In this document: positions 18,895 through 29,240 of the stretch, piece after piece
How positions within the stretch are numbered: the stretch's first letter is position 1
Layout of the letters: each line of letters begins with the position of its first letter
Assembly (NCBI GenBank): GCA_050874285.1
Contig: JBNMKJ010000002.1
Coordinates: 16,374-80,373 of the forward strand
Direction: 5' to 3'
Source of the DNA: Helicobacteraceae bacterium
Lineage (GTDB): Bacteria > Campylobacterota > Campylobacteria > Campylobacterales > Helicobacteraceae
DNA: 64,000 nt
Made by a program: the position numbers and the translations under genes
Notes under the pieces: model-generated
The model's database searches: none
What the model saw: the letters and a program-made list of their open reading frames with translations, nothing else
What the model was told of the DNA's origin: nothing

Positions 18895-19773
18895 ATGGAG
18901 CGTGGAGACATATCAAAAATCCAAGCTAGTAAAATCGGCGTTGTTTTGCGCCCAAATACGCCAAATCTCAAAGATTCGCTTGAATCTTTTACGCGAATCG
19001 CACGGGATTTTGGCATAGAAACGCGTTTAGAGCTAAAAAGTGCGGAAATGATAGGTGCGAATCGCGGAGTAGATTTTGATGAATTATGCGCGTGGAGCGA
19101 CATATTAGTAAGCATAGGTGGCGATGGGACGCTAATATCGCTAATCCGCCATTCAATCGACTACAACAAGCCCATTTTTGGCGTGAATATGGGGCGTTTG
19201 GGATTTCTCACAAGCATAAAAATCGATGAATTAAGCGCGTTTTTATCCAAGCTAAAAAGTGGCGATTACGCGCTGTATGCGCATTTGTTACTAAAGGGCG
19301 AGATTGTAGGAGCGAATCCAAAAGACACAAAAATCCTGCGCTGTGTGAATGAATTTCTCATCTCCAAGCAAAATGTCTCGGGTATGATTAGCATTGAGGC
19401 AAAAATCAACGGCAAATATTTCAACACCTATCGTAGCGATGGACTAATCATCGGCACTCCCACAGGCTCAAGTGCTTATAATATCAGCGCGGGGGGACCC
19501 ATTGTCTATCCATATAATCGCAACATTTTGCTAACGCCCGTGTGTGCGCACTCGCTCACGCAAAAGCCACTTATTTTAAATGATGAGTTTAGCTTGGAAT
19601 TTAGCGTGTTAGAGGGCAACGCAAAGATTATCATCGATGGGCAAGACATTATCGACTTTGAAAAAGGGGCGAAATTTTGCGTGAGTGCTTTGAATCAAAA
19701 CGCACTTTTGATTTATGACAAGGGGCGTGATTATTTTGCGGTTTTAAGAGAAAAATTTGGCTGGGGCGATTAG
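18895..19773 (+). CDS. nadK: NAD kinase
   Basis: SIGGDGTL, GVNMGRLGFLT, VNE, DGLIIGTPTGSSAYNISAGGPI. Confidence 0.96.
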   Translation: MERGDISKIQASKIGVVLRPNTPNLKDSLESFTRIARDFGIETRLELKSAEMIGANRGVDFDELCAWSDILVSIGGDGTLISLIRHSIDYNKPIFGVNMGRLGFLTSIKIDELSAFLSKLKSGDYALYAHLLLKGEIVGANPKDTKILRCVNEFLISKQNVSGMISIEAKINGKYFNTYRSDGLIIGTPTGSSAYNISAGGPIVYPYNRNILLTPVCAHSLTQKPLILNDEFSLEFSVLEGNAKIIIDGQDIIDFEKGAKFCVSALNQNALLIYDKGRDYFAVLREKFGWGD

Positions 19774-19821
19774 ATTCGCCTAAATTTGCTTTGGCGATTC
19801 GTGGCAAAAATAAGCCCGAAT

Positions 19822-19860
19822 CGTCATTGCGAGACTTGCTTTAGCAAGTCGTGGCAATCC
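19822..19860. repeat. CGTC-type palindromic repeat, single unit
   Basis: cgtcattgcga-gacttgc-ttta-gcaagtc-gtggcaatcc. Confidence 0.85.
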
Positions 19861-19914
19861 AAAAAAATTTGATATAATTTTGCAAAAATTTTAAGGCGAC
19901 ATTAAGGTTAAAAT

Positions 19915-21435
19915 ATGATTGAGCGACTTTTGATTAAGGATTCTATCACATTTAGGGAGGTTTGCATTACGCCAAGCCCTGCGTTTAATATCTTTAGCGG
20001 TGTGAGCGGAAGCGGGAAATCCGTGCTGATGGAGAGCATTCTCGCGCTTTTTGGGCTAAAGGAAACAAACGCGAATCTTATCGAAGCCACACTGCAAAAT
20101 ATCCCACTGCCAGAGGAAATCGAGGCGGATAGCGAAATCGTGCTAAGCATTGTGAAAAAGGACAAAGTCAAGTATTTTCTAAACGCGCAGAGTTTTTCTA
20201 AAAGACGCGCAAAAGAGCTTTTTGGCGAGTATGTGAAGTATATCACGGCGCATTCGGTAAATGAGCTAAAGGCGGAAAATCTGCTTAACACGCTTGATTC
20301 GCTAATCAAAGATACGCGTTTTAGGGCATTGCGCGAAGGCTTTGCGATGGATTTTGGCAATTTGGTGGCAAAGCAAAATGAATTAGCGACTTTGGAAAAT
20401 GAGGAGCGCAATGTCGCCTCTTTGCGCGAATTTGCAGCGTATGAAATAGCACAGATTGAATCTGTGAATCCAAAAGTTGGCGAATACGAGGAACTTTTAG
20501 AAATCAAAAAAGATTTATCCAAAAAAGAAAAGATTTTAGAAAAAATTGCGGTTATAAAGCCCCAGCTTGAGGGCTTTAGCGGGATTGTGGCGTTTTTGGA
20601 AAGCATTGATAAATCAAAGGAGATTTATAGCGAGATTTTGCGCGAGATTGAGGGCGTTATCATCGATGAGGAGGAGCGATTAGAAAATCTATCAAGCGAA
20701 TCTATTGAAGAAATCCTAAATCGCCTCGAATCGCTGTCAAATTTCGTGCATAAATATGGCAGTATTGAGGCGACGCTCGAGCATTTGGCGCAGAAAAAGG
20801 CGGATTTGGAGCGGTATGAAAATCTATCATTTAATAAAAGTGCGATTGAAAAGGAACTCGCTATTTTGCGCGAATCTACGAGCAAAAAGGCTACTGAGCT
20901 AAGCGCATTTAGGCAAAACGCACTTGAATCTTTTAACGCCAAGCTATCCACATATTGCGATAAGCTAAAGCTAGTAAAGCCAAAAGCCACGCTAAATAGG
21001 GTGCAAATGAGCGCAAGTGGTGTGGATAGCATAGAAATCGTGCTAAAAAATTCACATATCGCCACGCTAAGTAGCGGTGAGTTTAATCGCTTGAAACTTG
21101 CCATTATGTGCGTTGAAGTGGAGGGCAATGCGGAGTGCGGGATTTTGATTTTAGATGAAATCGATGCGAATCTAAGCGGAAGTGAGAGCGAGGGCGTGGC
21201 GGAAGTATTGGCATTTTTATCCAAAAACTATCAGATTTTTGCTATATCTCATCAATCGCAAATGCCTAGTTTCGCCAATAATCACTACCTAATCACCAAA
21301 AGTGCCAATGGTAGCGCGGTGAAGTTGCTTGATAAGGAAGGGCGAGTGAATGAAATCGCTAGAATGATAAGTGGCGCAAATATCACGCCTAAGGCACTAA
21401 ACTTTGCGCGAGAAAAATTGGCGCATTTAAAATAA
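19915..21435 (+). CDS. recN: DNA repair protein RecN
   Basis: SGVSGSGKS Walker A, coiled coil, LSSGEFNRLKLA, LILDEIDANLSG, ISHQSQ. Confidence 0.93.
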   Translation: MIERLLIKDSITFREVCITPSPAFNIFSGVSGSGKSVLMESILALFGLKETNANLIEATLQNIPLPEEIEADSEIVLSIVKKDKVKYFLNAQSFSKRRAKELFGEYVKYITAHSVNELKAENLLNTLDSLIKDTRFRALREGFAMDFGNLVAKQNELATLENEERNVASLREFAAYEIAQIESVNPKVGEYEELLEIKKDLSKKEKILEKIAVIKPQLEGFSGIVAFLESIDKSKEIYSEILREIEGVIIDEEERLENLSSESIEEILNRLESLSNFVHKYGSIEATLEHLAQKKADLERYENLSFNKSAIEKELAILRESTSKKATELSAFRQNALESFNAKLSTYCDKLKLVKPKATLNRVQMSASGVDSIEIVLKNSHIATLSSGEFNRLKLAIMCVEVEGNAECGILILDEIDANLSGSESEGVAEVLAFLSKNYQIFAISHQSQMPSFANNHYLITKSANGSAVKLLDKEGRVNEIARMISGANITPKALNFAREKLAHLK

Positions 21436-21466
21436 TCGCTAAAATTTAAAGAAGTCGGCGCGAAAA

Positions 21467-22822
21467 ATGAATATCTTTGTCCTAAAAGAAGTCGCAAGGC
21501 TCTTTAGTGGCTTTCAAAATATAAACTACTGCGGACGCGTGGGCGATAATCTAATAAAATTAGTGTTAGATTCAAAGGTATTTTTTGTGGATTTGACAAA
21601 GGGGCAAAGTAGGATTTTTTGCGATGAGGGCGCGGATTTTGGGATTAAAACCTATAATGCGCCTTTTGATTTGGCACTCAAAAAATACTGCATAAAGGCG
21701 CAAATCATTGATTGCCAAACGGACGGCAATAATCGAATTTTGCGCTTAAAATGCAAAAAAAATATGCAATATAAAATGCTTGAAACTACGCTACAGCTTG
21801 AATTTACGGGCAAATACACTAATGCGATTTTAGTGGATTGCAATGAAGTGATTTTAGAGGCACTGCGCAAAATCGCCCAAAATAGTCGTGTAATAAAAAA
21901 TGGAATCATTTTAACTCCCCTACCACAGCAAGATAGCGCGAAAATAAAGCCTTTTAAAATTGAGTGCGATATTATGGAATTTTTAGCTAATAATAAAGGC
22001 GATGAAAATACAAGTAATTTGACAAATGCTAAAAGCGTGGCGATTCAAAATTTGGAGCAAAAAATCAAAAAACTAATAAATTTAAAAGATTCACTGCCAC
22101 CTAAAAATACGCTAGAGATTCGCGCCAAAGATTACGCTAAAATCGGCGAATTACTGCAAATAAATCCTAATGCAAAGATTAAAAAAAATGGTAGCCAAAA
22201 CGGCGCAATTACACTAAATGATTATGATGGCAAAAAAATGATATTTAGTGTGGGAGATGACATAGATTCGCGCAAAAATCTTATAAATGAATTTTTCGCC
22301 AAAAGCAAAAAGCTAAAGGCAAAAGCGCAAAATATTTCGCTCCAAGTGCAAAATATCGCTGAAAATATCGCATTTTTGGAATCTAAAATTAGCTTTATAT
22401 CTAACGCCAAAAATGCCAATGACATAAAAATCATTATGCAAAAAAATGATAAATTTTCGCCCAAAAATACCACACAAAATCCCAAAAAATCCCCTAAATA
22501 TGAGAGCTTTTTCATCGAAAATACTAAAATCTCTATCGGCAAAAATGCTAGTGAAAATATCGCGCTTTTGCACGATGCGAGGAGCGAGGATTTGTGGATG
22601 CATATCCGCGACATTCCAAGCTCTCATCTAATCATTCATAGTGCGAAAAATGCGACTATCAAAGCTGAGATTTTACGCAAGGCGGGGGAGATTTTGGTGG
22701 GATTTGCGAAGCTAAAGGGTGGGAATTTTTTAGTCGATTATACAAAGCGCAAGTTTGTGAAAATCAAAGATGGCGCAAATGTCGTGTATAGCAACTACGG
22801 GAGCATTGCGATAAGGGCATAG
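21467..22822 (+). CDS. NFACT family protein (RqcH/Rqc2, fibronectin-binding protein family)
   Basis: NRILRL..LEFTGKYTNAILVD; C-terminal IGKNASENIAL..DLWMHIRDIPSSHLII..VDYTKRKFV. Confidence 0.88.
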   Translation: MNIFVLKEVARLFSGFQNINYCGRVGDNLIKLVLDSKVFFVDLTKGQSRIFCDEGADFGIKTYNAPFDLALKKYCIKAQIIDCQTDGNNRILRLKCKKNMQYKMLETTLQLEFTGKYTNAILVDCNEVILEALRKIAQNSRVIKNGIILTPLPQQDSAKIKPFKIECDIMEFLANNKGDENTSNLTNAKSVAIQNLEQKIKKLINLKDSLPPKNTLEIRAKDYAKIGELLQINPNAKIKKNGSQNGAITLNDYDGKKMIFSVGDDIDSRKNLINEFFAKSKKLKAKAQNISLQVQNIAENIAFLESKISFISNAKNANDIKIIMQKNDKFSPKNTTQNPKKSPKYESFFIENTKISIGKNASENIALLHDARSEDLWMHIRDIPSSHLIIHSAKNATIKAEILRKAGEILVGFAKLKGGNFLVDYTKRKFVKIKDGANVVYSNYGSIAIRA

Positions 22823-22859
22823 CGCGGTTTTCACACCATTTTGTATCACGGAGGAGAAA

Positions 22860-23174
22860 ATGGCTATAACTCAAGTGGGCAATATCGCCTATATCAACCA
22901 AAATACGCTACTAAACTCGCAAATGCAAGCGGCGAATCTAAATGCGGCAAACGCCCAAACGGCAATCAATATGAAAGAATTTAGCGAAAAAATGCAAGAA
23001 AATTTAGAAGTCCGCGCCACAGAGGAAAGCAAGGCGATTGACAAAGATGGGCAAAATTCAAACAAGCAGGAATATGAAAGCGATTCAAACAATAGCGAAT
23101 CGCCACCAAAGGCGCACAAAAAAGAGCATTTAAATATTTATGGCGAAGATGGAATTTTGGATATTGATGTATAA
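22860..23174 (+). CDS. hypothetical protein
   Basis: ggagaa Shine-Dalgarno, 104-aa ORF ending ILDIDV. Confidence 0.7.
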   Translation: MAITQVGNIAYINQNTLLNSQMQAANLNAANAQTAINMKEFSEKMQENLEVRATEESKAIDKDGQNSNKQEYESDSNNSESPPKAHKKEHLNIYGEDGILDIDV

Positions 23175-23324
23175 AACGCCACTTATTTATCGGTAATTTG
23201 ACAATTCGTAATGCTAATATAAAATTATAAATTTTTTGAAATAATCGCTTTAATATCAAACCGCTTTAAATATTTCATTAGCAAAATTTTGCAATAATTT
23301 CGCCTTTGCATAATTTTACATAAG

Positions 23325-23768
23325 GTGGGAGCAATGGATTCTTTGTATCTTAGCATTAAAGCCCTGCATATCGTGGCTTTTTCTTCGTGGATGGCGGTGC
23401 TGTTTTATTTGCCAAGACTTTTTGTCTATCATACGGAAAATAAAGACAAAGCGGATTTTGTTAGCGTGGTAAAAAGGCAAGAGGATAGGCTGTATTATTT
23501 CATCGGCACACCTGCGATTGTGCTTACGATTCTAACGGGCATTGCGATGATTGCGATGAATGTGGATTTGTTTAAAAGCGGTGGGTGGCTTCATCTAAAG
23601 CTACTTTTTGCGTTTTTTCTAATCATCTACCACATTGATTGCGGACGACATTTGAAAAATCTAAAAAATGATATTTACGCAAAAAGTGGCAAATTCTTTC
23701 GCATTTATAATGAATTTCCTACGATTTGCATTTTTGTCATCGCATTTAGCGCGATACTAAAATTTTAA
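23325..23768 (+). CDS. hemJ: protoporphyrinogen IX oxidase HemJ
   Basis: IKALHIVAFSSWMAVLFYLPRLFVYH, WLHLKL, FRIYNEFPT. Confidence 0.92.
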   Translation: MGAMDSLYLSIKALHIVAFSSWMAVLFYLPRLFVYHTENKDKADFVSVVKRQEDRLYYFIGTPAIVLTILTGIAMIAMNVDLFKSGGWLHLKLLFAFFLIIYHIDCGRHLKNLKNDIYAKSGKFFRIYNEFPTICIFVIAFSAILKF

Positions 23769-23777
23769 GGACGATTC

Positions 23778-25157
23778 GTGGCAAAGCTATGGGGAGGGCG
23801 ATTCGCGCAGGATAGCGCAAAAATTTTAGAGGAATTTAATGCCTCCATTCATTTTGACAAAGAGTTGTATAGGCAGGATATTTTTGGTAGTAAGATTCAC
23901 GCCCAAATGCTAAATAAAATAGGCATTTTAAACAATAGCGAGAAAAATTTTATCTTAGGCGGACTAGATAAGATTCAAAGTGAGATTGAAAATGGCGAGT
24001 TTAGCTTTAAGATTAGCGATGAGGACATTCATATGGCAATCGAACGGCGACTCGTGCAACTAATCGGCGATGTGGGCAAAAAGCTCCACACTGCGCGTTC
24101 GCGTAATGACCAAGTCGCCCTTGACACGCGCCTTTATGTCCAAGAGAAAAATTTGGCACTGCAAAATCTGTTAAAAGAGCTAATTATCACGCTTTTAAAT
24201 ATCGCCAAAAATCACACGCAAACCATTATGCCCGGTATGACGCATTTGCAACACGCACAGCCAGTGAGCTTTGCCTTTCATATCCTTGCGTATTGCTTTG
24301 CGTTTCGGCGTGATATTTTGCGCCTAAAAAGCGACTATGAGCGCAATGATTTTTGTCCGCTGGGTAGCGCGGCTTTGGCTGGAAGTCCGTATAAAATTGA
24401 TAGGGAATTTTGCGCTAAAGAGCTAGGATTTTCCGCGCCTAGTTTTAATGCGATGGATTCGGTAAGTGAGAGGGATTTCGCACTTGATTTGCTCTACGCC
24501 ATTGCGATGATTATGATGCACACTTCACGCTTTAGTGAGGAGCTGATTTTGTGGAGCAGTAGCGAGTTTGCTTTTGTAACAATTAGCGATTCCTTTGCTA
24601 CGGGTAGTTCCATAATGCCAAATAAGAAAAACCCCGATGTGCCCGAGCTGATTCGAGGCAAAAGCGGTAGGATTTATGGGAATCTAATCGCGCTTTTAAC
24701 CACAATGAAAGCCCTGCCACTCGCATATAATAAAGATATGCAAGAGGACAAAGAGGCACTTTTTGATAGCGTGAAAAATGCTACGATTTGCTTACAGGTG
24801 CTTAACGCAATGCTAAAAGAGATAAAAATTAACGCCGATTCGATGATGGAAAAGGCTAGGGTAGGGCATTTGAGTGCGACTGATTTGGCAGACTTTTTGG
24901 TGCAACAAAAGGGTGTTAGTTTTAGGGACGCTCATCATATCGTGGGAAAAGTCGTGGCAGAGGCTGAATCGCGCGGTGTGGATATTAGCGAGTTAGATGA
25001 GGATTCACTAAAGGCGCAAGATACGAATTTAGAGGGCGCAAAGGCAGTGCTAGACTTGCAAACCTCGCTAAATAGCCGTGATTCCTATGGTGGCAGTGCC
25101 GAATTGCGCGTAAAAGAGCAAATAGAAATTATGCAGGATTTTTTGGATTCATTATGA
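23778..25157 (+). CDS. argH: argininosuccinate lyase
   Basis: [41 protein letters not shown]. Confidence 0.97.
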   Translation: MAKLWGGRFAQDSAKILEEFNASIHFDKELYRQDIFGSKIHAQMLNKIGILNNSEKNFILGGLDKIQSEIENGEFSFKISDEDIHMAIERRLVQLIGDVGKKLHTARSRNDQVALDTRLYVQEKNLALQNLLKELIITLLNIAKNHTQTIMPGMTHLQHAQPVSFAFHILAYCFAFRRDILRLKSDYERNDFCPLGSAALAGSPYKIDREFCAKELGFSAPSFNAMDSVSERDFALDLLYAIAMIMMHTSRFSEELILWSSSEFAFVTISDSFATGSSIMPNKKNPDVPELIRGKSGRIYGNLIALLTTMKALPLAYNKDMQEDKEALFDSVKNATICLQVLNAMLKEIKINADSMMEKARVGHLSATDLADFLVQQKGVSFRDAHHIVGKVVAEAESRGVDISELDEDSLKAQDTNLEGAKAVLDLQTSLNSRDSYGGSAELRVKEQIEIMQDFLDSL

Positions 25158-25912
25158 GTGTAGAAAATAATGCAATAGGGGTGCAAAACAAACAGCGCGA
25201 AATCGTGGCAATGTTTGATGAAATTGCGCATAATTATGACTTGGCAAATCGCATTTTAAGTTTTGGAATCGATACGCGGTGGCGCAAAGAGGCGTGTGAA
25301 AAGGCAATAAAGTTATGCGACAAAAAGGCACTAGATATTTTAGATGTAGCCTGTGGGACGGGCGATATGATAGCGCAATGGCTTAAAAGCGCGGGCGGCA
25401 ATTCGTCTCGGACGCGACCTTCGCGGGAGGTTACAAAAGTTATTGGCATTGACCCGTCCGCTGAAATGCTTAAAATTGCGCGTCAAAAGCTACCGTCAAG
25501 CGTAATCTTACAAAATGGCGAGGCAAAGGATTTGCGTGTAGATAGCGACAGCGTGGATATTCTCTCTATCGCTTATGGTTTGCGCAATGTTGTGGAGGTG
25601 GATTTGGCACTGAGTGAATTTCATCGCGTGTTGCGCAAAAATGGCATTTTGGTGATTTTAGAGTTTAGCAAAAAGGACAACGAAAATATTTTTGATAAAA
25701 TCGCTCGGTTTTACACAAAGCGGATTTTGCCCTATATCGGGGGCTTTATCTCACGCAATTATAAGGCATATAAATATTTGCCTGATTCGGTGGAGGATTT
25801 TTTAAGTTTGGAGCAAATCGCTTCCAAACTTCGCGCCTTAGGCTTTGAAATGAAAATTAGTAAGCGATATTTTGGAAATGTTTGCTCACTTATAATTGCA
25901 CAAAAGATTTAA
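25154..25912 (+). CDS. ubiE: ubiquinone/menaquinone biosynthesis C-methyltransferase
   Basis: [46 protein letters not shown]. Confidence 0.93.
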   Translation: MSVENNAIGVQNKQREIVAMFDEIAHNYDLANRILSFGIDTRWRKEACEKAIKLCDKKALDILDVACGTGDMIAQWLKSAGGNSSRTRPSREVTKVIGIDPSAEMLKIARQKLPSSVILQNGEAKDLRVDSDSVDILSIAYGLRNVVEVDLALSEFHRVLRKNGILVILEFSKKDNENIFDKIARFYTKRILPYIGGFISRNYKAYKYLPDSVEDFLSLEQIASKLRALGFEMKISKRYFGNVCSLIIAQKI

Positions 25913-25920
25913 TTTTTATT

Positions 25921-26070
25921 CAATTTGTTCTGGGGTAATCATTTGCGCCGTTTTCACACAAAACCACGCTCAATAGACACCAAGTCTTATTTCGCTTGTT
26001 TCGCGTAAAAACGGCGCAAAGCACTACCGCCATTACTTCGATTGTCGTGGCTTTTAGCCACGAATCTAAA
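25921..26070. repeat. 150-nt structured repeat element, copy 2
   Basis: Homologous to 14082-14231 with compensatory substitutions. Confidence 0.85.
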
Positions 26071-26081
26071 ATTAACCTTAT

Positions 26082-26287
26082 TGTCATACTGAGCGAAACG
26101 CAGTGTAGCGAAGTATCCAAATCGAGCAAATCTAAACAAATAACGAATCAATGTTACAAAAAGTGATTCAAAAAAATAAATCAAAAATCCTTATTAAAGT
26201 TTTTGCTACTTTTGGCTTTTGCCAAAAGTAGAATCCTCTCTACTTCGTCATTGCGAGGGCGAATCGCAGATTCGCGCGAAGCAATCC
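26082..26287. repeat. palindromic repeat cluster (GTCATACTGAG variant, an 11-bp hairpin, one CGTC unit)
   Basis: 26082-26118 tgtcatactgag..gaagtatcc; 26206-26231 ctacttttggc-tttt-gccaaaagtag; 26246-26287 cgtcattgcgag..gaagcaatcc. Confidence 0.8.
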
Positions 26288-26358
26288 AAAAAATAAAAAT
26301 CCGCGAATCTTTAAGCCACTAAATGCTAATCTTTTACCAAAAAATACGGAGTAGTGCG

Positions 26359-26853
26359 ATGAAAAGAATATGCTTGTTTTGCCTTGTGGCGTGGTTGTTT
26401 AGTGCGTGTAGTAGCGAGTATGCTATCACTTATGCTACGAATCCTTCAGGGGCAAATATTATCTGCAATGGCGTGGGAATGGGCTTTTCACCACTTACGC
26501 TAAATTACGATATGAGCAGTGTAGGCGAAGATGGCATTTTGCATACTGCGCCTTGCAAGGGCGTTTTTGTCAGCGGATATGAAGTGCATTTCAACACCCA
26601 GTGGGATACTAACGCATTTAAAGATGGCGTCCAGCAAACGCAAACGCGTCCGCAAGGCGTAGGATACGAGCAGGATATGGCATTTTCTCTTGAATATGAG
26701 CGCAATAGAATGATGCAACAACAAGTCGAATTGCAAGAAATGCAACTATGGCAACAGCAAAGAGAGGCAACAAGGCAAAGGCAACAGCAACAAATGCAAC
26801 AAAATAAAAGCGTATTTTGCCACACCGTTGGAAATATGACGGTGTGTAATTAA
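26359..26853 (+). CDS. lipoprotein with PEGA-like beta domain and Gln-rich tail
   Basis: Lipobox FSAC, TNPSGANIICNGVGMGFSPLTL PEGA-like pattern, QQQREATRQRQQQQMQQ; start moved to the ATG after ggag. Confidence 0.65.
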   Translation: MKRICLFCLVAWLFSACSSEYAITYATNPSGANIICNGVGMGFSPLTLNYDMSSVGEDGILHTAPCKGVFVSGYEVHFNTQWDTNAFKDGVQQTQTRPQGVGYEQDMAFSLEYERNRMMQQQVELQEMQLWQQQREATRQRQQQQMQQNKSVFCHTVGNMTVCN

Positions 26854-26866
26854 ATAATGCGCGTTT

Positions 26867-28426
26867 TTGAAATTTACTCACAAAGGCATAATTTTGGGTG
26901 ATTCGCCATTGAGTTTGCTTGTGCCGTTAATGGTTATCGCGCTGGTGTTTATCACGCGCAGAGTGGCATTGTCGTTGCTGTGCGGTATCGTGGTGGGTGG
27001 CATTTTGCTGTTTTATGACAATCCTTTGGAAATTTTTATCTACACATATAATAAAATTTCTAGTGTTTTTTACACCATTGAATCAAGCCCCGATTTCGCC
27101 CAAAGCGCGATTATTGCGAATTTAGATAGCATTTATGTTTTTGGATTCCTAATCATTCTTGGCATTTTAAGTCAGCTCATTTTATATTCTGGCGCGGTAA
27201 ATGCCTTTGTGGAGTGGGCACATAAAAAGGTAGCAAGTCCGCAAGGCTCGGAGTTTATCGCATTTGTGGCGGGAATTGTGATTTTTATCGATGATTATTT
27301 TAATGCGCTCACCGTGGGGCAAATCAGTAAGTCGCTAAATGACACAAATAAATCCTCGCGTGAGAGGCTCTCATATATCATCGATTCGACTTCCGCGCCT
27401 ATTTGCATTCTAATGCCGATTTCAAGCTGGGGCGCGTATATTTTGGGCGTAATGGATAAAAATGTGCCAAAAGACTTCGGCGATAGCTTTTTTGTGCTGA
27501 CACAAAGCATTTGGAGCAATTATTATGCGTGGTTTGCCTTGCTGTGCGTGTTTTTGACGATTTTGTGGCAAATCAATTTGGGCGCAATGCAACGCAATGT
27601 CAATGTCGGCGTGAGGGAGCTAAGCCACTCGCACACGCATAGCAAGATTAGCTCCGTGTGGCTTTTAATCGTGCCTATTTTGTTGCTTATGATTTCAATC
27701 GGGGTGATGATTTTGTATAGCGGTTACAAGGCAAGTGAATCGCGCAAGATAATGGATATTTTGGCAAATACCAATACGGCGTTTTCGCTATTTTGGGGCG
27801 GTGCATTGACGCTAATTGTCAGTTTTGTGCTATCTCATAGGCATTTAAAACCTGCATATTATTTTCCTATAATCCGCGCTGGATTTTTGGGAATGCTACC
27901 TGCGATTGTGATTTTGGTTTTGGCGTGGGGAATCGGACCCGTGATTCGCGATGATATGCAAACAGGCATATATTTGGCAAATGTCAGTAGGGGCTTTTTT
28001 GATTCTAATGCGGCGATTTTCACACCTGCGATTTTGTTTTGTATTGCGGCGTTTATCGCCTTTGCCACTGGCACTAGCTGGGGAACATTTGCGATTTTGA
28101 TTCCTATCGGTGTGGAGGTTGTGAGTGCTGGTGGCGTGGATACCACGCTTTGCATAAGTGCGATTTTGGCTGGAGCGGTGTTTGGCGACCACGCTTCGCC
28201 TATCAGCGATACTACGATTTTATCCGCCACAGGGGCTGGTTGCTCGGTGCAAAGCCACTTTATCACGCAGTTGCCTTATGTGTGTAGCGTGGCGGTGGTG
28301 GCTTTGTGTAGCTTTATCATCGCAGCCCTAAGCAATGTGCTAGTGGGCTACCTCATAGGAATCGCGCTTTTGGTAGGACTGCTATATTTTTACAAAAAAG
28401 TGATAAGTAAACCCTTGGCACTATAG
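26867..28426 (+). CDS. NhaC family Na+/H+ antiporter / amino-acid transporter
   Basis: IFIDDYFNALTVG, LSYIIDSTSAP, AFATGTSWGTF, GAVFGDHASPISDTTILS. Confidence 0.9.
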   Translation: MKFTHKGIILGDSPLSLLVPLMVIALVFITRRVALSLLCGIVVGGILLFYDNPLEIFIYTYNKISSVFYTIESSPDFAQSAIIANLDSIYVFGFLIILGILSQLILYSGAVNAFVEWAHKKVASPQGSEFIAFVAGIVIFIDDYFNALTVGQISKSLNDTNKSSRERLSYIIDSTSAPICILMPISSWGAYILGVMDKNVPKDFGDSFFVLTQSIWSNYYAWFALLCVFLTILWQINLGAMQRNVNVGVRELSHSHTHSKISSVWLLIVPILLLMISIGVMILYSGYKASESRKIMDILANTNTAFSLFWGGALTLIVSFVLSHRHLKPAYYFPIIRAGFLGMLPAIVILVLAWGIGPVIRDDMQTGIYLANVSRGFFDSNAAIFTPAILFCIAAFIAFATGTSWGTFAILIPIGVEVVSAGGVDTTLCISAILAGAVFGDHASPISDTTILSATGAGCSVQSHFITQLPYVCSVAVVALCSFIIAALSNVLVGYLIGIALLVGLLYFYKKVISKPLAL

Positions 28427-28472
28427 AGTAAAATCTACACCTAAATTGCGTGGATTTTTAATGTAAAAATCG

Positions 28473-28826
28473 CTATTTGAGTTTGCTTTTTATCGTTTTT
28501 ACGATTTCGGCAAATGCGCTTGGATTTTGCACTGCCATATCCGCTAGGATTTTTCTATCTAGCTCGATATTTGCGAGTTTTAGCCCATAGATAAATTTCG
28601 AGTAGCTAATGTCATTGATTCGACACGCTGCGTTGATTCGCACAATCCATAGTCGGCGGAAGTCGCGTTTCTTACGCTTTCTATCGCGAAACGCATAGCA
28701 CAAACTGCGCTCTAGTTGCTCTTTTGCTTTTCTAAAGTGCTTTCTGCGCCCACTATAAAAGCCTCGCGCTAATTTTAAAATCTTTTTATGTCGTCTCCTG
28801 CGGACGATTCCAGTCTTTACTCTCAT
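28473..28826 (-). CDS. rplT: 50S ribosomal protein L20
   Basis: [37 protein letters not shown]. Confidence 0.98.
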   Translation of the reverse strand: MRVKTGIVRRRRHKKILKLARGFYSGRRKHFRKAKEQLERSLCYAFRDRKRKKRDFRRLWIVRINAACRINDISYSKFIYGLKLANIELDRKILADMAVQNPSAFAEIVKTIKSKLK

Positions 28827-28929
28827 TTTTTCTCCTTTACCTTATTTTAGATTTTTAGGTGGTGGCTTGAAAATCTTATCTTTTAAGCCTCACTTGCCCG
28901 ACTTTGCGGGGGAACTCATACTCTTACAC

Positions 28930-29124
28930 TTACGCCAAACAAAGCAGTTTTTTTACCTGCAATTCGTTTGTCTTATCCACATATTGCGGGGCATTTAGTC
29001 CAGCCTTGCGCTTTGGCGATTTTTTCGTCAAAATGTGGCTTTTAAAAGCCGAGCCGCGTTTGATTAGATTTTTTTTAATCTTAAACCGCTTCGCAGCACC
29101 GCGATTTGTCTTCATTTTTGGCAT
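28930..29124 (-). CDS. rpmI: 50S ribosomal protein L35
   Basis: [22 protein letters not shown]; start moved to the ATG after aggagag. Confidence 0.97.
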   Translation of the reverse strand: MPKMKTNRGAAKRFKIKKNLIKRGSAFKSHILTKKSPKRKAGLNAPQYVDKTNELQVKKLLCLA

Positions 29125-29240
29125 TTGCGCTCTCCTTTTAAAAAATAAAATCGCAATCCTATCATAAAAATGCAAAATCTTATCTTAAATGATTTTAGAT
29201 TCGCAAATTTATTTAAAATTACCTTGAGATTCATAACCAC

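Noticed and set aside
19908-20606. Long antisense ORFs (e.g. 19908-20606, 20625-21224, 10415-10903, 42833-43222)
   Set aside because: Shadows of well-supported genes on the opposite strand, with no motifs or ribosome-binding sites
25390-25440. Repeat insertion in ubiE ([15 protein letters not shown])
   Set aside because: GC-rich with a short cgcga/tcgcg hairpin, but no match to the repeat families here, and this loop is naturally variable
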